Shown here in pieces: positions 24,944-30,156 of a stretch of DNA of 30,156 nucleotides. Below the pieces are notes generated by a model, which was given only the letters and a program-made list of their open reading frames with translations, was not told where the DNA came from and made no database searches. How positions within the stretch are numbered: the first letter of the stretch is position 1; each line of letters begins with the position of its first letter. The position numbers and the translations under genes are program-made. Source of the stretch: a virus (taxonomy: Duplodnaviria; Heunggongvirae; Uroviricota; Caudoviricetes); IMG/VR virus record IMGVR_UViG_3300048587_000389, positions 64,001 through 94,156 of that record; one strand, written 5' to 3'.

Positions 24944-27900
24944 ATGGAAAACAAATACGATTTTTGTCACTTACATCGTCACTGTGAAGCATCTGTTCAA
25001 GATGGCGCAGGGAAGATTGAAGATGGCATCAAATATGCGAAAGAAATGGGACACAAGGCTGTGGCTATTACAGATCACGGTAACTTGATCTCGTTTGTTC
25101 GTATGTTTAACCAGGCGCAAGACATAGACATCAAACACATCTTTGGTTTGGAAGCTTATGTTTGTGATGACATGAATCTAAAAGACAAGGATCACAGAAG
25201 CTACAATCACTGTACTATCCTTGTGAAAAATCAACAAGGTTTTCAAAATCTTCTTAAGTTGAATAACGCAGCACAAAAACATGGCTTCTACTACAGACCA
25301 AGAGTAGACTGGGATACACTGCTTAGACACAAAGAGGGACTTATCATCTTATCTGGTTGTGTTTTGGGTAAGACAGCGCAGCTTATTCTCAACGGTAAGT
25401 ATGAAGAGGCTGATGCTTGGACAAGAATGATGAAGGCTGAAATGGGTGATGATTACTACATCGAGCTCATGGCTTCTGATTATCCGGCACAAAAAGATGC
25501 TAACAAATATCTCCTTGAGTTGTCAGAAAAGTATCAGATTCCAGGTGTTTTAACTGGTGATGCTCATTATGTGCGCAAAGAAGACTATGAAGCACAGAAG
25601 ACTATGATGTTGATGTCAGCAAAAGCTACATTAGCAGATCTGGCAAAGCAAGAAGAAGAAAAGAAAACAGCTGAAGAGAGAGGTGAAACTTTCGATGAGA
25701 AAGACAAGATCTGGATTTTCTCTTCAGATCAGTATTGGATGAAGAATGAAAATGAGATGATCGAGTCATGGGATAAGTGGCACAAAGATTACTATCCATT
25801 CGAAAAGTTTGAACAGCATCTTAATGAATCAGGCAAGATTGCAGACAAGGTAGATGTAGTCAAACTAGACACTACGTACAAAGTTCCAAAAGCGATTGTT
25901 CCTGAAGGATATACACATGAAAACTACTTCATCAAACTTCTCAATGAGGCAATGATTGAAAAGGGATTAGATACAAAACAAGAGTATCAAGAGCGTTTAG
26001 CAACAGAAATTGAGATCATTAAAGAAAAGGGATTAGTCGATTACTTCCTTGTGAATGCAGACATCATAGGATGGGCAAAAAGAAATGACATCTTTGTTGG
26101 TCCTGCTAGAGGATCGGCTGGAGGCAGTTTAGTTTGTTGGCTTCTTAAGATTACAGAAATTGATCCACTTAAATATGATCTTCTGTTTGAGCGTTTCCTT
26201 GACTTAGGGCGCAAAGAGATGCCTGATATTGATACTGACTTTGAAATTGAAGAGAGAGATAGAGTCAAAGACTACATCTCAAGCAGATATGGTGAAGATC
26301 ACGTTGCAAACATTGCAGCATTAGGAAACTTTAGAGCTAAAAACATTATTCGAGATGTGTGTAGAGTGTACAACTACGATCCTCAAGAAGTCAATGCGAT
26401 TTCAAAAGAACTCGGTGAACATGCAACATTTGAGAATGGAAAGCTTTACGGCCCTGATGGTCAGGAAATTAGAAGTCAGATTCTAGATGAAGTGTTCACA
26501 AAGAATCCTGCAATCAAAAGAATCTCAGAAACATTGTATGGGCAGATCAGACACATCTCAAGACATGCTGCTGGTGTAGTTATTACAGACCGTCCATTGG
26601 ATGAGTGTATTGCTACTATTCGAGTAGGTGATGATGTTATGACAGCATGGACTGACGGCATATATAATAAGGAATTGAGCCAATTAAATGTCCTAAAACT
26701 TGACATACTGGGTCTCAAAACTCTATCAATGTTAAAGAAAGCATGTGCTTTTGCAGGATTCAGTTACAGAGACCTTCCAACAGAAGACTTAGAAGACAAA
26801 GAAGTATACGAAACAATCAATGATTTAGAGTTATTGAGTGGTGTATTCCAATTTGATTCTCATGCAGGATCGAGATGGTTTAAGAAAATGAAGCCGCAAT
26901 GCTTCAATGACATCGTTGCTTTGGCTGCTCTAGACCGTCCAGGTCCAATTGATTCTGGAAAGACAGAAGAGTACATCAAAGTAATGCATGGTGAGATTGA
27001 ACAAACTAAATTCAATCATCCAGCTGTGAGTGAGATTCTTGATCCAACATACGGTGCTATTGTGTATCAAGAGCAGCTTATGATTCTTGGAAAGAGATTT
27101 GCTGGCTTTACAGCAGCAGAAGCATCAACACTTCGTAAGAATCTTGTTAAGGGTACACACTCTGAGGCAGGAAAAACAAAGGAAGCACTTCAAAGAATAG
27201 AACTTCACAACAAATTCATTAGTGGAGCTGTGGCAAACGGATCTACTGAAGAAGATGCAGAAGCTATTTGGGATTTGATGGTCACATTTGCTAGATATGG
27301 TTTTAACAAAGCACACTCAGTTGCTTATGCGTTAGTATCATACTGGACTATGTGGATGAAAGTGCATTATCCAAGAGAATTCTATGCATCATTGCTCTCA
27401 TATTCACCAGAAGAAGATTTACATGCAATTGTCAAAGAGATGAAGAGAATCAATATTCAATTGGCAGCACCAGATGTGAACATTTCGAATTATGACTTTA
27501 CACCAAACAAAGAAGAAGCAAGTGTTCTCTTTGGATTAGGCAAGATCAAGTTCCTCGGCAACAAAGCAATTGAAAAGATTATTGAGCTTAGACCATTCAC
27601 TTCATTTGAAGAAATGTGTGAAAAGATAGAGAAACGAGTCCTCAACAAGAGAGGGAAAGAAGCACTCATCAGATCAAGTGCATTGCGTTCTCTTGAAAAA
27701 GATACAGGTCTTTTGCTTCAGCAATTGAATCAACAAGGCGCAAAGAAAAATGAGATCATTCGTTATGAAGAATATAGCGATGCAACTCGTTATGATGATG
27801 AGAGAACTTATCTTGGACTGTCAGTTAGTTTTGCTGATAGAGAAGAAGATAAGGGAAGCAAATTCAAGAGCTACAACAACATCACAATGCGAAAGCATCC

Positions 27901-28213
27901 ACTTTATGAGGAGCTCCTAGCTAAGTTTCAAAAGTGTGGTGGAAAAATGCCGCATGCAGTAACAGCAAGAGTGTATGACTATACAAGTGCTATCATTGCA
28001 GATATTGCAGTAACGAAAAATAGAAAGAACAAAGACCAGAAGATAGTGACATTACGCACGATAGATGATAAGACTATCAAATTTATTCTTCAAAACTGGG
28101 TTCTTCCGTTTCATGCATTTAACAAAGAAGTATTCAAGGGTGACTGCATTGAAATACTTTATGAGAAACAAGGGCAGTACTATCAACTTATCTCACTACG
28201 AAAGAGGGAATAA
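24944..28213 (+). CDS. dnaE: DNA polymerase III alpha subunit (family C) with PHP domain
   Basis: HLHRH, AITDHG, RGSAGGS, MPDIDTDF, SRHAAGV, KLDILGL and YGFNKAHS motifs. Confidence 0.95.
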   Translation: MENKYDFCHLHRHCEASVQDGAGKIEDGIKYAKEMGHKAVAITDHGNLISFVRMFNQAQDIDIKHIFGLEAYVCDDMNLKDKDHRSYNHCTILVKNQQGFQNLLKLNNAAQKHGFYYRPRVDWDTLLRHKEGLIILSGCVLGKTAQLILNGKYEEADAWTRMMKAEMGDDYYIELMASDYPAQKDANKYLLELSEKYQIPGVLTGDAHYVRKEDYEAQKTMMLMSAKATLADLAKQEEEKKTAEERGETFDEKDKIWIFSSDQYWMKNENEMIESWDKWHKDYYPFEKFEQHLNESGKIADKVDVVKLDTTYKVPKAIVPEGYTHENYFIKLLNEAMIEKGLDTKQEYQERLATEIEIIKEKGLVDYFLVNADIIGWAKRNDIFVGPARGSAGGSLVCWLLKITEIDPLKYDLLFERFLDLGRKEMPDIDTDFEIEERDRVKDYISSRYGEDHVANIAALGNFRAKNIIRDVCRVYNYDPQEVNAISKELGEHATFENGKLYGPDGQEIRSQILDEVFTKNPAIKRISETLYGQIRHISRHAAGVVITDRPLDECIATIRVGDDVMTAWTDGIYNKELSQLNVLKLDILGLKTLSMLKKACAFAGFSYRDLPTEDLEDKEVYETINDLELLSGVFQFDSHAGSRWFKKMKPQCFNDIVALAALDRPGPIDSGKTEEYIKVMHGEIEQTKFNHPAVSEILDPTYGAIVYQEQLMILGKRFAGFTAAEASTLRKNLVKGTHSEAGKTKEALQRIELHNKFISGAVANGSTEEDAEAIWDLMVTFARYGFNKAHSVAYALVSYWTMWMKVHYPREFYASLLSYSPEEDLHAIVKEMKRINIQLAAPDVNISNYDFTPNKEEASVLFGLGKIKFLGNKAIEKIIELRPFTSFEEMCEKIEKRVLNKRGKEALIRSSALRSLEKDTGLLLQQLNQQGAKKNEIIRYEEYSDATRYDDERTYLGLSVSFADREEDKGSKFKSYNNITMRKHPLYEELLAKFQKCGGKMPHAVTARVYDYTSAIIADIAVTKNRKNKDQKIVTLRTIDDKTIKFILQNWVLPFHAFNKEVFKGDCIEILYEKQGQYYQLISLRKRE

Positions 28214-28214
28214 T

Positions 28215-29030
28215 ATGAATCCAGAATTACAACAACAAGAAGGCTTGACTTTTGACTTATTTGTACAACATTTACCAGAACATTTTGATGGTCAAGTATT
28301 GAAAGACAGAAACTCAGGCACATATCTGCAATCTCGTTTTAGAGCTTCAGGTATTTCTTCACATCCAAGATCAGCAGTTCTTGATCTTTTGAATCTCCCA
28401 CCAGAGCAGTATCATTTTGCTGGATCAATGACAGCAAAATCTATCAAGCTTATGGAGAGAGGAACACAAATTCACAACTTCATTCAAGCAAAGTTCTTGA
28501 ATATGGGACTCATCAAAGAAGGAAACTTAGAGGCAGGATTACGTATCCAAGATGATGAGCTTCTCTTTAGCGGACATCCGGACGGTGTCATTTCATTCAA
28601 TGGTGAAGATGCTCTCTTAGAAATTAAGACAATCAACTCATTTGGTTTTAGAATTATTCGTGAACCAAAGCTTGAGCACTACCAGCAAGCACAAGCATAC
28701 ATGCACTTCTTAAAGAAATGCTACGGCTTAGATATTAAACGATGTTTGTTTGTATACGTTGACAGAGCAGATGATGACATGGCAATGAAAACATTTGTTG
28801 TTACAAAGGATGAGCAAACAATTGACATGATTCTGAACAAACTCAAGAAAATGAAAGAGTTCTTAGATGCAGGTCAAATCCCTCCAATGCAGCCTGGTGA
28901 AAAAGATATGGGAATGTATTCGCCATATAACACACCTGTTTTCTTGGATCCAAACAAAAATAGTATTGAGGACTTTCCAGGATACAGAATTAGCGCAAAT
29001 GTGGCTACTCGTAATGTCTTTAGTGAATAA
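28215..29030 (+). CDS. PD-(D/E)XK exonuclease (RecB/Cas4-like)
   Basis: RGTQIH, GHPDG, LEIKT and HYQQAQAY motifs; start at ATG 28215 with gaggg RBS. Confidence 0.82.
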   Translation: MNPELQQQEGLTFDLFVQHLPEHFDGQVLKDRNSGTYLQSRFRASGISSHPRSAVLDLLNLPPEQYHFAGSMTAKSIKLMERGTQIHNFIQAKFLNMGLIKEGNLEAGLRIQDDELLFSGHPDGVISFNGEDALLEIKTINSFGFRIIREPKLEHYQQAQAYMHFLKKCYGLDIKRCLFVYVDRADDDMAMKTFVVTKDEQTIDMILNKLKKMKEFLDAGQIPPMQPGEKDMGMYSPYNTPVFLDPNKNSIEDFPGYRISANVATRNVFSE

Positions 29031-29036
29031 AGACTG

Positions 29037-29065
29037 TATACAAGTAGGTCACTCTGGTTTATAAT
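29037..29065 (+). promoter_or_regulatory. candidate sigma70-type promoter for recA
   Basis: TATACA (4/6 match to -35), 17-bp spacer, TATAAT at 29060-29065, in the intergenic gap. Confidence 0.45.
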
Positions 29066-29083
29066 ATACTGAATAAGGGCAAT

Positions 29084-30052
29084 ATGGCAGACATCAACAA
29101 GATCATCATAGAATTGAACAAAGCGTATGGCAAAGACGTAGTAGGTTTTGCTAAAGACATGGAAGATGTCAAGCGAATTTCCTCTGGTTCTTCGTCATTT
29201 GATTGGGCAACAGGTGGAGGCTTTCCAATGGGACGCATCACCGAGCTGTATGGCCCTTATTCTTCAGGTAAAACTCTTATTGCTATGATGGCAATTGTAG
29301 AGGCACAAAAGAAAGATATTCCCTGTGTCTTTATCGATGCAGAGATGTCGTTTGAAAAGAAACATGCAGAGTCTGTAGGCATTGATTTAAGCAAGCTGAT
29401 TCTCATTCGCTCTTCAAGTGGTGAGAAGCTCTTTGATTTTATTCGCAAAATCATGACTGACATTCCTCAAGGGCTGCTTATCTTTGACTCTGTCGCAGCA
29501 ATAGTTCCAATGTATGAAGATGATAACGAAACTCAAAAACAAACAATGGGTTTAGCAGCTCGTCTCATGTCTAAAGGACTTCGCATTATCAACGCAACAA
29601 ATGAAGGATGGGCTGTAGTATTTATCAACCAAGTCCGTGAGAAAATCGGAGTAATGTTTGGCAACCCAGAGACTACAACCGGTGGTAGAGCACTTCCATT
29701 CTTTGCATCTCTTCGTGTAAATGTAAGAGGCGGAGAAAAATACGAAGAGAACAAGATTAAGGTTGGTCAGGAAGTTAAATTCCGTGTTGAAAAATCTAAA
29801 GTGTCTGCTCCAGGCAGAGACGGATCATTCAGATACATGTATGGAGAAGGAATAGATCTATATGAGGACATTATTTCACTTGCTCTCAGACTCCGTGTTT
29901 GCGATCAAGCGGGTGCTTGGTATACATTTAACGGCGAACGATTTCAGGGACGTACTGCTATTGAAGAAAGAGCAAAAGCAGATCCTGCATTTTTTGAATC
30001 ACTCAGAGCAGCTCTTCAAGAAAAGTGGAATAGCAAGGAGAATAGTGTATGA
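29084..30052 (+). CDS. recA: RecA recombinase
   Basis: GRITELYGPYSSGKT, IDAE, DSVAA and INQVREKIGVMFGNPETTTGGRAL motifs. Confidence 0.96.
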   Translation: MADINKIIIELNKAYGKDVVGFAKDMEDVKRISSGSSSFDWATGGGFPMGRITELYGPYSSGKTLIAMMAIVEAQKKDIPCVFIDAEMSFEKKHAESVGIDLSKLILIRSSSGEKLFDFIRKIMTDIPQGLLIFDSVAAIVPMYEDDNETQKQTMGLAARLMSKGLRIINATNEGWAVVFINQVREKIGVMFGNPETTTGGRALPFFASLRVNVRGGEKYEENKIKVGQEVKFRVEKSKVSAPGRDGSFRYMYGEGIDLYEDIISLALRLRVCDQAGAWYTFNGERFQGRTAIEERAKADPAFFESLRAALQEKWNSKENSV

Positions 30053-30156
30053 TGCCGTGGCAGAAGAAAGAGAAAAAGGATTCACTAGACTTTGGCGCAA
30101 AACGAGCTCCAAGATCTGGAGGTGGGTGGACAAACAAAGGTGACATGAAGACTTTG
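30049..30156 (+). CDS. 3'-truncated probable Holliday-junction resolvase (PD-(D/E)XK)
   Basis: MMPWQKKEKK..KRAPRSGGGWTNKGD motif; overlaps the recA stop (ATGA); open to the window edge. Confidence 0.6.
   Translation, partial: MMPWQKKEKKDSLDFGAKRAPRSGGGWTNKGDMKTL

Noticed and set aside
24944-28213. Intein or intron in DnaE (also helicase and RecA)
   Set aside because: Lengths are ordinary, the ORFs are continuous, and no splice-junction or homing-endonuclease motifs were seen.
28215-29030. Cas4 / CRISPR association
   Set aside because: No array or other cas genes; no four-Cys Fe-S pattern; context is a replication-recombination nuclease.
1588-29754. Numerous minus-strand and short overlapping plus-strand ORFs in the six-frame track
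   Set aside because: All lie within longer plus-strand genes that have recognisable motifs, and show no RBS or family motifs themselves; treated as shadow ORFs.
29862-30143. 93-aa ORF overlapping the end of recA
   Set aside because: It overlaps recA out of frame; the frame starting at 30049 has the resolvase-like motif and a coupled start.
1-30156. Stop-codon reassignment (TAG or TGA read as sense)
   Set aside because: Long genes are intact in code 11, and TAG and TGA both end genes at sensible boundaries. Reading through TAG 12638 in the same frame hits another TAG soon after.
1-30156. Host assignment (e.g. Patescibacteria/CPR) and prophage status
   Set aside because: The gene repertoire is loosely suggestive, but no integrase, att site, host flank, tRNA or other diagnostic marker is visible; spacer matching or phylogeny would be needed.

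Overview
A 30-kb segment of a tailed dsDNA phage genome with a long non-contractile (siphovirus-type) tail module. All real genes are on the + strand, densely packed and read in the standard genetic code. Bases 1-12228 hold morphogenesis and lysis genes: a repeat protein, neck, tail tube, frameshifted tail chaperone, tape measure, tail tip and fibre proteins, a C39-like endolysin and a holin. An intrinsic terminator follows. Bases 12359-30156 hold replication, recombination and DNA-modification genes: DnaB, DnaG, HIRAN-SSB, Pol III alpha, a PD-(D/E)XK nuclease, RecA and a partial resolvase. Main points of interest: (1) a complete four-gene ubiquitin-like conjugation cassette (E1/ThiF, Ubl ending GG-R, E2-like, JAB; 18316-20939) carried by the phage; (2) around it, a T-even-like glycosyl-hydroxymethylcytosine pathway (dCTPase-like, dCMP hydroxymethylase-like, dNMP kinase, two different DNA glycosyltransferases, an NDP-sugar epimerase and a UDG-like protein); (3) two candidate programmed -1 frameshifts, one in an unusual place, joining a membrane anchor to a glucosaminidase; (4) a fibre protein made of three tandem collar/HxH modules. 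Functional calls come from motif recognition by eye; no database searches were run. The host cannot be determined from this window.
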